DNA of 61,571 bases, the filler included, from Globobulimina sp. (lineage: Eukaryota), in the NCBI GenBank assembly GCA_003354225.1. It is 19 parts of 19 records of this genome, joined end to end, with 100 filler letters (N's around TTAATTAATTAA, not from the genome) between each part and the next. Parts side by side here need not be neighbours in the genome. Positions count along the whole stretch, not along the records: positions 9,751 to 12,897 come from PIVH01003579.1; positions 12,998 to 16,144 come from PIVH01003580.1; positions 16,245 to 19,390 come from PIVH01003581.1; positions 19,491 to 22,636 come from PIVH01003582.1; 15 more parts are not named here. One strand, given 5' to 3'. This document shows, piece after piece, positions 11,438 to 22,736 of the stretch. Every line of letters begins with the position of its first letter. Positions within the stretch are counted from its first letter, which is position 1. The translations under genes and the position numbers were made by a program. Below the pieces are notes generated by a model that was not told the DNA's origin, ran no database searches, and saw only the letters and a program-made list of their open reading frames with translations.

Positions 11438-11661
11438 AACACTTTAAAGACGTAACAATCGAAGACTTTTATTTAATTTAATGCATTTTATAGGTTTCCC
11501 TTAAAGTATAAATAATTATATTAACTATCAGCTTTTTGCGAATAATAAAGTTGAGGCATTGTTAGTAAACGCAGGACTTTTCAAAAATATAATAATTCAG
11601 CTATATACACACATTCCACCGAAGCGAAACGTTTCTGTGTTTTCACTGTTCCGAATTCCGA

Positions 11662-12732
11662 TTAATTAATGTTTACAATTTCTTTAAACAATAATTTCGT
11701 TTCATACTCAGCGCGACTCCATGGTGTTAGATTATATTTATCTTTCGCAGTCAATAACTCCTTCCAATATTCCTTATCAGCGATACTATTTAAAAATAAC
11801 TGCAAAGCTTTATTTCTCTTAAACTTTATCCCATTCTCCAGCGGAGTCCACCCAATAGAATTTTTCTGTTGCATTGCTTGTTTAAATTGAATCAATCCTT
11901 CGTCTGTTTCTTTAACTTTTCCTATTAAATATTTTGCAAATTCAAGCGTATTCTCATCATTTGTGTCCATTGCGATATGAATCCAATTCTGTTTGCGCAC
12001 TTTGTCTTGTTTTGAGATCCAAACCGTATTCGATTTATCAAAACCTTTTCCAAACAATATTAACGAAGTAAAACCAGTCAAATCACAGTTTGTCAGTAGT
12101 CCCTCTTCATTTGCTTCTTTATATCTGTCATCAATGTCTTCGCCAACGAAAAAACAAAAAAAATACCCGCCAACCACCATCGATATAGCTACTGCGAAAA
12201 TGGTATATATAACCAAACCATTTAAAGACTCGTCTTTTTTTTGTACTAAAATGCCTATTAATAAAGCAATATTCATGACAGATATTACAATTGATACCAA
12301 AAATGAGTAAACATTCAACAAAGAAGCAAATATAATATTGGCCAATAACCGAAAATCTTTCCTATATATAGCTAAAAATGAATATAATAAAAACTGTGTC
12401 AATATTTGTCCAATCGCAAAATATCCAAATCCGAATGCCCATATTACAGAATACATTAATATATTTCCACTCACATTGCATATTCGAAATAAATATCGCA
12501 AAATAAAAACAAAATCCTTACACAACCATTCAGTTTCTGTGCGATTGAATACAAACTCATGGCCTCCCCCTCTTTCCTCAAATAATGCACTATCATCGCT
12601 CGTCACTTTTAACAAAATAACTATTGTACTGACCACCACACTGAACACGATGGTGCCATTCGCTGTTTGTGTGAAGATAAGAAAACTAATTTGAATAAAT
12701 AGCTGCGGCACAGACTCTAATAAAGTTTCCAT
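11662..12732 (-). CDS. XK-related membrane protein with C-terminal ankyrin repeats (5' part probably missing)
   Basis: LLESVPQLFIQ matches the XK-family ExxPQLxxQ motif. Multiple TM helices follow, then the ankyrin-like segments KNSIGWTPLENGI and KDKYNLTPWSRA. Confidence 0.6.
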   Translation of the reverse strand: METLLESVPQLFIQISFLIFTQTANGTIVFSVVVSTIVILLKVTSDDSALFEERGGGHEFVFNRTETEWLCKDFVFILRYLFRICNVSGNILMYSVIWAFGFGYFAIGQILTQFLLYSFLAIYRKDFRLLANIIFASLLNVYSFLVSIVISVMNIALLIGILVQKKDESLNGLVIYTIFAVAISMVVGGYFFCFFVGEDIDDRYKEANEEGLLTNCDLTGFTSLILFGKGFDKSNTVWISKQDKVRKQNWIHIAMDTNDENTLEFAKYLIGKVKETDEGLIQFKQAMQQKNSIGWTPLENGIKFKRNKALQLFLNSIADKEYWKELLTAKDKYNLTPWSRAEYETKLLFKEIVNIN

Positions 12733-12999
12733 AAATGATAATAGTTTTTAATTAAATTGTTAATGAAGTATTCAAATTTGTTAATAAAAAGACAAATCGG
12801 TCGTAGTCATAAGTTGGGATTTAGATCAATTGTGGTAATGATTAACATATCGTTGCAAAGCTAAAGGAAATCGGTTCGATTTACATGGTTGTATTTTNNN
12901 NNNNNNNNNNNNNNNNNNNNNNNNNNNNNNNNNNNNNNNNNTTAATTAATTAANNNNNNNNNNNNNNNNNNNNNNNNNNNNNNNNNNNNNNNNNNNNAT

Positions 13000-13176
13000 A
13001 ATGAAGAAATTGTAAGGTTTTTTGAGCAAATATTAAAATGGATTGTATCAAAGTGTAATAGTAAAAATAAGAAAATAATTGAAAAATGTATGACTTTATG
13101 GTTAGAAAATTCAAAATATTGTGAAAACCAGGAATGGTATAATATATTATTCGATATCAACAGCAATGTTGTGTAG
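13000..13176 (+). CDS. C-terminal end of a hypothetical protein (5' truncated)
   Basis: Open frame from the contig edge, NEEIVRFFEQILKW…, ending in TAG at 13174-13176. Confidence 0.4.
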   Translation, partial: NEEIVRFFEQILKWIVSKCNSKNKKIIEKCMTLWLENSKYCENQEWYNILFDINSNVV

Positions 13177-13509
13177 TTTGTGTTGGTTTTGATTTAATTG
13201 CAGTCAAATACTAATAATATCTGCGCCAACTTAATCTAAATATTATTAGTATGTATCTATTGTGTTCGCACTTTCATTGTTGATCGAACTAATTTTTTTT
13301 TACATAGCATATTCCTCATGCAAAACTGGCCAAATATATTCCTCATATGTTGAAAGTTTCAAGTAACAAAAAACCTTTAAATTTCGTGTTTCAAGTAATC
13401 CTCCCAACATCCACAACCGTTCATAAATCATAATATAACTCATATAATATCTGATTTTTATGATACTCTGTGGCTGCCATTCCTAAAAACAATTTTCTAA
13501 GCACATACA

Positions 13510-14304
13510 ATGTCATACATGGCACAAGCATCTTTAGCTGAAAACGAACAGAAACAACAACATATACAAATTAACAATTCAATAAAGTTTGTGTTGAGAT
13601 GCAATAATAACTGCAGAAATCACGGCTTGTCATTACTACCAGAAAGTAATTGTAAATTATACAACATTGTTAAAATAGTGACTGACCAATACAGCGGTGG
13701 CCATAAAGGGGTGACACCTCACATTCATTTGATATTTCCTTTTTTGCCAAAGAATGTACTTGTTGCTGCCTGTGAGATTATCAATTATTGCGTGAGGGAT
13801 ATAGAACCATTCATCGTTTGTTTTAATGATATTATTCGAACGCATGGCTCTGGCAAACAATATTGTTATTTAGTATGCGATCAAACATCCAAACGGAAAC
13901 TAATCAAATTACAAAGAAATATCATGAACGGATTGTGTGTTGCTTTGGGAAATGGGAAACATAAAAATAATATTAATGTTGAAGCAGATGATTATAAAAC
14001 TTGTTTGGAAAATGATATAAGAAATATTGAGTTCAATCCACATTTAACTTTGGGACAATGGAATGAAAAGCAATTCAAAACAATGCGGAATATGATACTG
14101 AGCGCATTTCAAGAAAATGAAAATGAAAATAAAACTGACAATGATAAAAGTCAGAAAACTGAAGAGATGCAATCGGAGCAAGAATTGTTTCAAAGCATAT
14201 TGAAATTCAAAGTTAATAATTTGTATATTGTCAATGTTAAGAATGGAATGCATAGAATTGTCAAAAGCATCGAGTTAACGAAACAGCTTTCTTGTTCGGT
14301 GTGA
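13510..14304 (+). CDS. 2H phosphoesterase (2'-5' RNA ligase superfamily, LENG9-like)
   Basis: Two His motifs: TPHIHLIFPFL and FNPHLTLGQW. Confidence 0.8.
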   Translation: MSYMAQASLAENEQKQQHIQINNSIKFVLRCNNNCRNHGLSLLPESNCKLYNIVKIVTDQYSGGHKGVTPHIHLIFPFLPKNVLVAACEIINYCVRDIEPFIVCFNDIIRTHGSGKQYCYLVCDQTSKRKLIKLQRNIMNGLCVALGNGKHKNNINVEADDYKTCLENDIRNIEFNPHLTLGQWNEKQFKTMRNMILSAFQENENENKTDNDKSQKTEEMQSEQELFQSILKFKVNNLYIVNVKNGMHRIVKSIELTKQLSCSV

Positions 14305-14348
14305 TTGTTTGGAAGTTTTTTTTTGATTCGAAGCAACTTAGCTAACCA

Positions 14349-15046
14349 ATGGACGAATTGGACTTATTACAATTTTGTTGTAGATATTGCCGTAAAAAAT
14401 TCGAAAAAAGACACGATCTTCAATCACATCTCAACCATTATCATATAAAAAGGAACTGGACAAATCCACAACAAAAACGCAATTACATTTACACGCGTAT
14501 GTTTAATTTAATTTAATTCGTTTCTATTTCTATAGTTTTATAGTATGTATTTTTATAATATGACAATAAGAGCCAACATTACAAAATGAAGTATCAAATA
14601 TAAAACGAAAAAGAGATGACATTGAACCTTTGCAAAAGAAACAAAAACTGAATAATGCATTGAATAGAGAGAGTAGCATGAAATGGAAGGAAATATTGGA
14701 TGGCGATCCAAATAAAAATGCAGCTTTATTTAGGAATAGAAACAAAAACAGAAACATATCCACAAAAATATGGAATAAAAATACGATATGTTCAACATGT
14801 CATACCTATGAAGTGGAGGGGACAAATGACGAATGTTTATATTGTGTATCATGTACAAATAATAGATTAGGAATGCCATTTTGTACCAATTGTAAGGCAA
14901 AATTATGTCATCAAGAATATAAAAACTGGATTAAAGAATGCAATGTTGATAGAAACAATAAAAATGACATTTCAAAAGTTTTGCAATGCGTTGTATTGTG
15001 TAAAATATGCCTGCTTTGTTGCAGACAATTTTTGTATACGATATGA
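14349..15046 (+). CDS. C2H2 zinc-finger protein with C-terminal Cys-rich domain (one intron)
   Basis: Exon 1 (14349-14496, not in the ORF track) encodes FCCRYCRKKFEKRHDLQSHLNHYH. Phase-1 intron 14497-14570 joins it to an ORF with several CxxC pairs. Confidence 0.65.
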
Positions 15047-15169
15047 TATTAAACATCTTAGTTTAATGCGGACATATATGTAAAACGGGTCTCTTATGAT
15101 CTGACATCATCTGTAAAACGTGTTGTGCCAATTTGAGTCTTGCATGAGTCACTTTGTGTTTTTTTGCAG

Positions 15170-16144
15170 ATGAAAATTAAACCATGGATTTATGATTTCG
15201 TTAAAGCAAATCTAGGTAACAGTAACACCCAACCATTTAAATGTGGTGAATGTGAATGTGTAGTACGAATTGAGAGTATTTGTTGGTTTCCAAACGCATC
15301 AAAACATGGAACCAATAATACTTTAATTATCACAGACAGTAAACACTCAATCTCTGCCCATTTAGCATCAGAAACAATTACAAATTGTAAAATGTATTGG
15401 TATCAGAAAAAGACTTTATTAATGATAAAATCTGCGAAAATAAAAATAGATTTATCGTTTAGTAGAATATATTTAATGGTTTATGATTGCTGTTTTTATT
15501 CAGCCATTCCAATATATCCATTGCCATCGGATCGCAACATCGATATAAATACAAATGAAAATGTACAAAAATTGGTTTTAAATTGCCGTAAAAACGGAAC
15601 AATATTTCAAATAAATCATAAAATATATATTAAAGGCCAGAATGGAACATATTGTTTCCCAATACACAAATTACTCAAAATATATCTAAATGATTTGTAT
15701 TTGATCGCTGAATTTAAATCAAATCATAACAAATATCAGTCACAAAATGCTCAAAACATAGCAACGCATTTTCGTATTTTAGCTGAAGGAAATACAAAAG
15801 AGTCACAACACAGAATAAAATTATTAAAAACATACGGATTGGTTCCTGATTTAAGCAAATTTAATTTAAAATGGTGCATGAAATTATCCATTGATTATGA
15901 TCAGTTTTCATATAAATCGGACGCTTTTATATCGCAAAAAATAAATTATAAATTTGATAAAAATGATTTAGAATTTGTCCGAAACCAGAAAGCAAATAAT
16001 TTTATGGACATTGAGGATGTAGAAATGGAGAATGAATTGGAAGATGTTTGGAGAGAAATAGAATCCGAACAGAATCAGAATGATATGTACACAGAGGATG
16101 AAAATAATAATAATAATGAGGTGCGAAACGAAATGGAGCGATCA
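15170..16144 (+). CDS. TPP1/Est3-like OB-fold protein (3' truncated)
   Basis: MKIKPWIYDFV and TLIITDSKHSISAHLASETI align with human TPP1 LRPWIRELI and [20 protein letters not shown]. An acidic low-complexity tail follows. Confidence 0.6.
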
Positions 16145-16244
16145 NNNNNNNNNNNNNNNNNNNNNNNNNNNNNNNNNNNNNNNNNNNNTTAATTAATTAA
16201 NNNNNNNNNNNNNNNNNNNNNNNNNNNNNNNNNNNNNNNNNNNN

Positions 16245-17897
16245 AGTTGGTGATTTAGATGGTGATTTGGTTGGCGATCCTGTAGTTTGCGTAGGTGATG
16301 AAGTCACATAGGTTGGCGATGGGAAACTTTGTCCACTACATTGAATGGTTGCACTTGTAGTGGCTGGCGGAAATGTGTACGGTAACACTATACTTGCACC
16401 AAATGACAAATCAGTCCAACCCGGCGAGGTTGTACTTGAATATGCAGCATCACAGGCTTTGAAATCATAAAGATTTGAATCTATACAAGTCCATGTAAAA
16501 AATGTCGGATTGAAATACCAAACGTATCCAGCCGACGACCTCCATGCATTTATATCAATTTGAGTGTTAAAGGATTGACAGTTTGAATTAGTATCTGTGG
16601 AATCAATAGAAGCACAATCCCAGAATGGACATGAACCACCAACGGCATATAAATTATCTTCCGTGGTGAAACCCCCACCGTTTGTTTGAACAGCTAACCA
16701 TTTCCCTGCCGAACAAGCTGATATCATAGTTTCTGCACAGTTTGCATAACTACTATCTGAACCTATAATTTATGTTTGATGATAAAACTACAGTTATAAT
16801 AAACGTACACCAGTACACATACCTTTTACATCACTTATTCTCCACTCATTACCTTTCATATATAAATATGCAGTCGGCAAATTGCAGGATGCATCAGTTG
16901 TTTTTTTATACGATGCTTTCCCATTTAACTCGCCATCGTATAAATAGAGCCCATTAATGGCAGTATTGAAAAAATCAACATCAGTGCGTCCCCATATGCA
17001 TACGGAGCCAGTCGTACCTGATGGGATTGGATTTGATACTGGCGATGGTGTAGCCGCTCTTGGCGCCGATGTCGGAGATGGTGTTACATTCGGTGCTGCG
17101 GTTGGATTTGGTATTGGTGCTGTTGTGGGTACTCCAGTTCCCTCACAATTTACTGCAAACGGCGCAGTGGTCGGTGCTGGACTTGGACCCCAGGTAAAAT
17201 CCATATTCATACTGGAACCAGGCTGTAAATCATCCCATCCCACTGACGTATGGGTATAGAATGAGGTGGGACATATTGTTTGTTCAAAGGCATTCAAACA
17301 AACCCACATAAACATATGAGGAACAAAATAGAAATATAATGTTTCTGCAGTATTCGACCATGCGTTATCAGCGACGCTTTGCTCGAATGGACCATCACAA
17401 CCTTGGAAAGTCTGCATTGTGCTGATTGAGGTACAATCCCAACGAGGACATGAACCAGATTGTGCATAGACAGTTGGATTTGATATCCAATTACCAGCGG
17501 TACATAATGATAGATCTGTTTGGGAACATTGCACATTGTATGTACCACTGCCTTTGGCTTCCTGTAAGGTATTGTTAGTTTGTATTTATAAGTTAATATA
17601 TGAGCTGTTAACTTAACTGACACCCTCCAGGCAGCGCCAGTACTCCATACGTAGAGTGTACGTGAGGCACACGCAGAGCCTATGGTTTTGATATAGGAAG
17701 GCTGTCCATTGTATGTTCCGTTATTGGCATATAACCCATTAATGCCACTGTTTGTTCCTTCTTTACCCCAAATACAATAATCTTTTACAATAATCAAATG
17801 GAAGCAAATTTTTATAAATTATTATATTTAATACACTCAAACCTTGTGATTTGATTGCACCAATAAATAATGTTAAAATAACTAAAAACGACAGCAT
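16245..17897 (-). CDS. Secreted protein with tandem Cys/Trp-rich modules and Pro/Thr/Ser linkers (4 exons, 3' truncated)
   Basis: Signal peptide MLSFLVILTLFIGAIKS. Introns 17842-17782, 17617-17562 and 16822-16763 join the frames. Two copies of CIWG…INGLY…NG.xSY.K…WR.S…C.AG.W…GSCP.WDC.SI…NAW…GW.DL. Confidence 0.8.
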
Positions 17898-17935
17898 GGT
17901 TTGCTTTAAAAACTGACCATTAAAAACTGCTAAAC

Positions 17936-18619
17936 ATGGCAACAACATTTAAGAAAGAGAAAAAACGATTATCTGAATTATGCGTATCTGGATTCATCCG
18001 ATTGTACTGTTTAACATGTGAAATGCCTGAAGATCTTTGCCTATTATGTTTATTTATGTATTTAGATCCATTTGATACGTGGAACATTGAAACGTCAAAC
18101 CAAGCTCTTAAAATTGAAACGAATACAAATATTGTATCTGGCTCATCATTTGGAACATGGCTAAATGCGTTTGGCAGTTTGATTATAACCAGAGGGGATA
18201 CGCATTGTTGGCAAATGAAAATATTAAATGATCAACAAAAGCAGGATGGCTATTCAGTCACTAATAGAATTTTGCTATTTGGCATTGTAGAATGTCATAC
18301 AGCTCGACCGGCAATGCATGATATATTCTGTTATGAGAAAGGTGGAGCTGGATTTTATGCATTTAATGGAAATAAAGTAAGCAAAGAACACGGAATCAGT
18401 GACTCTGGAGATGACTATGGAAAAGGTTGGGATAAGGATGATATAATTACAATGATATTGGATCTGTCGGATAAAGAAAACGATAAACAATATGGCACGT
18501 TGTCGTATCAAGTTAACGGTGAAGATTATGGTGTTGCATTTCATGAAATTAATATGAATATGGCATATTGTATGGCACTTGTTTTAGATGAACCTGATAG
18601 CGTTCAATTGATTGACTAG
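17936..18619 (+). CDS. SPRY/B30.2-like domain protein
   Basis: WQMKI…FGIVE…YG.GWDKDDIITMILDL…GTLSYQVNGEDYGVAF is a SPRY-type beta-sandwich pattern. Confidence 0.7.
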   Translation: MATTFKKEKKRLSELCVSGFIRLYCLTCEMPEDLCLLCLFMYLDPFDTWNIETSNQALKIETNTNIVSGSSFGTWLNAFGSLIITRGDTHCWQMKILNDQQKQDGYSVTNRILLFGIVECHTARPAMHDIFCYEKGGAGFYAFNGNKVSKEHGISDSGDDYGKGWDKDDIITMILDLSDKENDKQYGTLSYQVNGEDYGVAFHEINMNMAYCMALVLDEPDSVQLID

Positions 18620-18676
18620 ATTTATACATCATACATTAAACTAAGTTATCCTGAGTTTGCTTTCAGAAATAAATTG

Positions 18677-19390
18677 TTACAAAAGGTGTCTGATGGATAG
18701 AGAGATTCTTGTTTTTGTCCTCAATAATTTATCACCAATTTTTAGCTGTTGTTTTGGGTTATTTTTGTTGTAAATATTCAAATTCAAACAGCATTTATGT
18801 ATGATATCATAATTTGATTCGTGAATGCAATGAAAAACATCATTATACATTTTATTTGTGAATATCATACAACTTCTTGGTTCTAATATGATTTGATAAG
18901 CTGGTCTCTCTCCATATTGATGATTATAAATAATATATCCTTTGTTTGAGTATGGTTTATTTTCATAGAAGTTGAGACAAATTATATCATTTAATGATAT
19001 TATAGCAACCAATGGGTAATACAATGGACCATCTTTATGTGGCAATATTCCTTCACCAACCTTATATTCATTGATTATCATATAATTCGGTTTATGTTTA
19101 TCACCGAATGGAATATTTGCATTTATAAGTTTGTCGAGCATTTCATTACCAAACAATGGCATTTTATTTATTTTCCCATCAAAACATATCAAACGACCAT
19201 AATCCATATTTACCCATAACTTATTTGGTAGTTTATTACTGATTGTTTCCATTAATTCTGTTTCGTATTCTTTTGATATCATATTTGGGATATAATAACA
19301 TGCATTGGTTTGGGGCAAGTAATTATTTTCCATGTCACATTTTATAAACTCATTCTTTGTCAAACATTTTATATTCTTAAATGTATCTTC
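18677..19390 (-). CDS. ALKBH6: AlkB-family 2OG-Fe(II) dioxygenase, ALKBH6-like (5' possibly truncated)
   Basis: PNYMIINEYKVGEGILPHKDGPLYYPLVAIISL (HxD), LEPRS, FHCI and TRISLSIR. Confidence 0.85.
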   Translation of the reverse strand, partial: EDTFKNIKCLTKNEFIKCDMENNYLPQTNACYYIPNMISKEYETELMETISNKLPNKLWVNMDYGRLICFDGKINKMPLFGNEMLDKLINANIPFGDKHKPNYMIINEYKVGEGILPHKDGPLYYPLVAIISLNDIICLNFYENKPYSNKGYIIYNHQYGERPAYQIILEPRSCMIFTNKMYNDVFHCIHESNYDIIHKCCLNLNIYNKNNPKQQLKIGDKLLRTKTRISLSIRHLL

Positions 19391-19490
19391 NNNNNNNNNN
19401 NNNNNNNNNNNNNNNNNNNNNNNNNNNNNNNNNNTTAATTAATTAANNNNNNNNNNNNNNNNNNNNNNNNNNNNNNNNNNNNNNNNNNNN

Positions 19491-19938
19491 AGCCAAAGAT
19501 TTTTTGGTCTAAATAAAAAGTTTCAAATGTAAAATAATATAAAGATAGGAATATAATCAAAGTCAATAATTCAGAAATTAGGCAAATTTCAATGATATAT
19601 ATCAATAAAGAATATGTGCCACGAATCTCTTCGATAAAACTACCAAATATTATCATTATAATGACATGGAATATACTCCAAATGATTTCGGTGGAGACAA
19701 AGATGGAGGAGATCAATTTTAAGATCTTGGCTTCGATTAAGACGGAGGAGACATCAGAGGATAAGGACTCGCGTGTTATTTTAATTAAACCTAAAAATAC
19801 GCCAATTATCAATAAGCTTGAAAAGATTTGCGTGCCACGGTATTGTTTGTTTGAGGTGGAAAATACTTCGCGGATTTTAAATTGAGACCAGATGGTGGTT
19901 ATTGATGGAACGCTGTCTGGGACAGAAGACTCCAACAT
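19491..19938 (-). CDS. Rhomboid-like membrane protein (TMEM115/DUF1751-like), 3' truncated
   Basis: Several TM helices; IIFGSFIEEIRGTYSLLIY resembles the G..lE..wG..e.l.f pattern. Confidence 0.5.
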
Positions 19939-19998
19939 TATTCACTGTGCGATGCTCAAAAAAAAACTTATTTATAATATAAACCTTTTGCTTGAAAG

Positions 19999-20442
19999 AT
20001 GACAATCAAATTTGTATTAATGGTGAACAAACAAGGACAGACACGCTTAGCGCAATACTTTTGTGGCGCACAGACAGTGCAAGAGAAGGAAGCTTTGGAG
20101 AGCGAGGTTATACGTAAATGTTTAGCCCGCGGAGAACATGAATGCTCATTTATAGAATATCGAGGATATAAAGTGGTGTATAGAAGATATGCGTCATTGT
20201 TTTTTATTGTCGGCGTCGATTCATCCGGAACTGAGAATGAATTGGCAATCTTAGAATTTATCCATACGATGGTCGAGACCTTAGACAAATATTTCGAAAA
20301 TGTCTGCGAATTAGATATTATGTTTAATATTGAAAAAGCACATTTCATTTTAGATGAAATGTTAATGAATGGACATATCGTCGAAACAAATAAAGCGAAT
20401 ATTTTAACTCCTATCAAATTAATGGACAAATTGGGATCATAA
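19999..20442 (+). CDS. AP4S1: AP-4 adaptor complex sigma subunit
   Basis: MVNKQGQTRLAQY, YRRYASLFFIVG, ENELAILEFIH, ETLDKYFENVCELDIMFN and IVETNK. Confidence 0.93.
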   Translation: MTIKFVLMVNKQGQTRLAQYFCGAQTVQEKEALESEVIRKCLARGEHECSFIEYRGYKVVYRRYASLFFIVGVDSSGTENELAILEFIHTMVETLDKYFENVCELDIMFNIEKAHFILDEMLMNGHIVETNKANILTPIKLMDKLGS

Positions 20443-20736
20443 TATACTGACATTTGAATTAAATAAATATTGTATCAACATTCAATTACAACGCAGACTC
20501 TTATAATTCTTATACATCATATTCGTTATCCTTGCACATCATTGCTTTTTTATTTTTGACTCATAAATCAATTTGCAATCGTTATTTCATTCAAAACACA
20601 CACCTAAACCCCCAAAATGAGCTGATGAGCATTGTTTTTTTAAGAAGAAAAAAAAAACCTCACTAGCAATTAAGAAGTAGTTAATAGACAATACCGGCAA
20701 TCAAATAGTCATTGTTTATTAATTATTAATTGAGCC

Positions 20737-21307
20737 ATGCCAGACCATAGAGGGTATCGCGCGAAATCACGACATGTATTTCGCAAAAAAACGCATGGAA
20801 TGCCTAAACCAACAAAGTATTTACAAGTGTATAAGTTAGGCGATTATGTGACCATTAAAATGGATTCTGCCATTCATAAAGGAATGGCGCACCGGATATA
20901 TCAGGGCAAAACCGGTGTTGTCTGGAATGTGACGCAAAGAGCAGTTGGCGTGTTGTTAAAAAAAAAGGTTGGAAATAGGTACAGAACCAAACGATTACAT
21001 GTCCGCATTGAACATGTCGTTCCTTCGGGATGTCGCAAAGACTTCCTTCAACGATGCAAATTCAACGCCAATTATGCGAGACAGCACAAAAAAGATCCAA
21101 AAAAATGTTAAGTCATCTAAATTATGGCAATGTAATGACGCAAATATTTGCGAAAATGCGTTAAATGTTACTGTATTATGAACAGATCCACGCAGAGTTT
21201 TGAAGCGCATTCCAAAGGGACCAGATCCAGCATGTTTAGTGGTTGTAAGCAAATCGAAAATGTATGACTTGAAGATCCAGCCACATGTGGATAAAGTTGA
21301 AATGTAA
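20737..21307 (+). CDS. RPL21: 60S ribosomal protein L21 (eL21), one intron
   Basis: GYRAKSRHVF, YKLGDYVTIK…HKGM…GKTGVVWNVT and KRLHVRIEHV. Intron 21107-21185 gives …YPRRVLKRIPKGP… with stop at 21307. Confidence 0.95.
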
Positions 21308-21776
21308 AGGAATTGTGATTGATGACATTAAACACTGATTAAAGTTGTTTTGTTTTGTTTTGTATTGCTTAGTTGTTGTGAATGTTGATTCAATTCGTAA
21401 CATAATGATAAGTTAACAACAAAATGAAAGTAATCATAATTATATGTGGCTCTGCGTGAAGGATAAAAATAAGAACGCGCTATAAATAAATTAACTAGCT
21501 GTCACAAACAGAAATTTCTGGAAACTCTCGCTTTGTTGATTATGATCTGACTGATTAGGCAACTTTGAAAAACTTAACAGTAAAAAATAATACATCTCGT
21601 TTCTTGGTTTCTCATTAATCGACTTTAGCAAACTGACTTGTTATACTAAATCTACTTTCTGTTATATATGTTATACTTTTGTTCTGACAGTTTGTAAACA
21701 AACAGACCTCTCATTTGTTCATGTACCTCTAACAAACAGAGTTCTTTTCAGTACAAACAGAGTTTGTATCACGTTC

Positions 21777-22636
21777 ATGTACCTCTCATTTTCTTCAACT
21801 GGACACATGTTTTACCTCTCGATTGGTGCCGTACTTCTAATTTATTGTTCGTTAATATTTTCATTGCCACAATTTATCAAATTCATCAAATGTGTTGGTA
21901 TTAACAAGAATCCATTCTTTGAAGCACAACATTCAAAAATAAATATATTATGCATTTCATTATTTTTATTTGTATTATACATATTAAATCCATTATCATT
22001 TATTTTATTGATTTGCAATTTTAGCAAAAGTCAGCAAATATTTGTTCATAACGTTGCAAACAGTTTAATATTCGTGTCGTTTTTTACTAGAACGTTTGCA
22101 CTCAGTTTCGACAGATATTTTGCTTACATTTTAAGAAATTGGATTTGGAGAAAAGAGATAAATCACAGAGAATCTCAAACAAATTTATTGCTAAAATATC
22201 GCCATTTCCTTTCATTCAATCATCGTTTAATAATCCCACTATTTTGTATTATGCTAATTAGCTCAATATACATTATCTTATTATTGATGTCTTATCGTTT
22301 AACGGTTACAATAATGTTAACAATCTTATTATTGGTGACATGTTACTTAATTCACAAAATATCGCTGATCAGTGATGAATATTATGTTGCCACAGAATTA
22401 TTGCTTTCCACTCAAACATGTGGCTCATTGCAAGCCGTTTCACATATTTTGTATATTATTTTATCATGTTCTGGATTCGAAATAAGTGCCATGTTCGCAC
22501 AAATATCATTGCTATCTCTCGCTAGTTTATGTTTTGTTTATTTTTCATGTTATTGGGTACGAAACAAATTTGCATTAGAAACGTCCACCAAAGTATGTAA
22601 GAACCAACATGATCGTCTACACTTTGATGATGTGAT
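21777..22636 (+). CDS. Multi-pass (about 7 TM) membrane protein, 3' truncated
   Basis: About 7 hydrophobic segments; open to the contig end. Confidence 0.55.
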
Positions 22637-22736
22637 NNNNNNNNNNNNNNNNNNNNNNNNNNNNNNNNNNNNNNNNNNNNTTAATTAATTAANNNNNNNN
22701 NNNNNNNNNNNNNNNNNNNNNNNNNNNNNNNNNNNN

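Noticed and set aside
21700-21790. Short repeats aacaaacaga and gttcatgtacctct upstream of the membrane protein gene
   Set aside because: Two to three short imperfect copies, most simply local slippage duplications.
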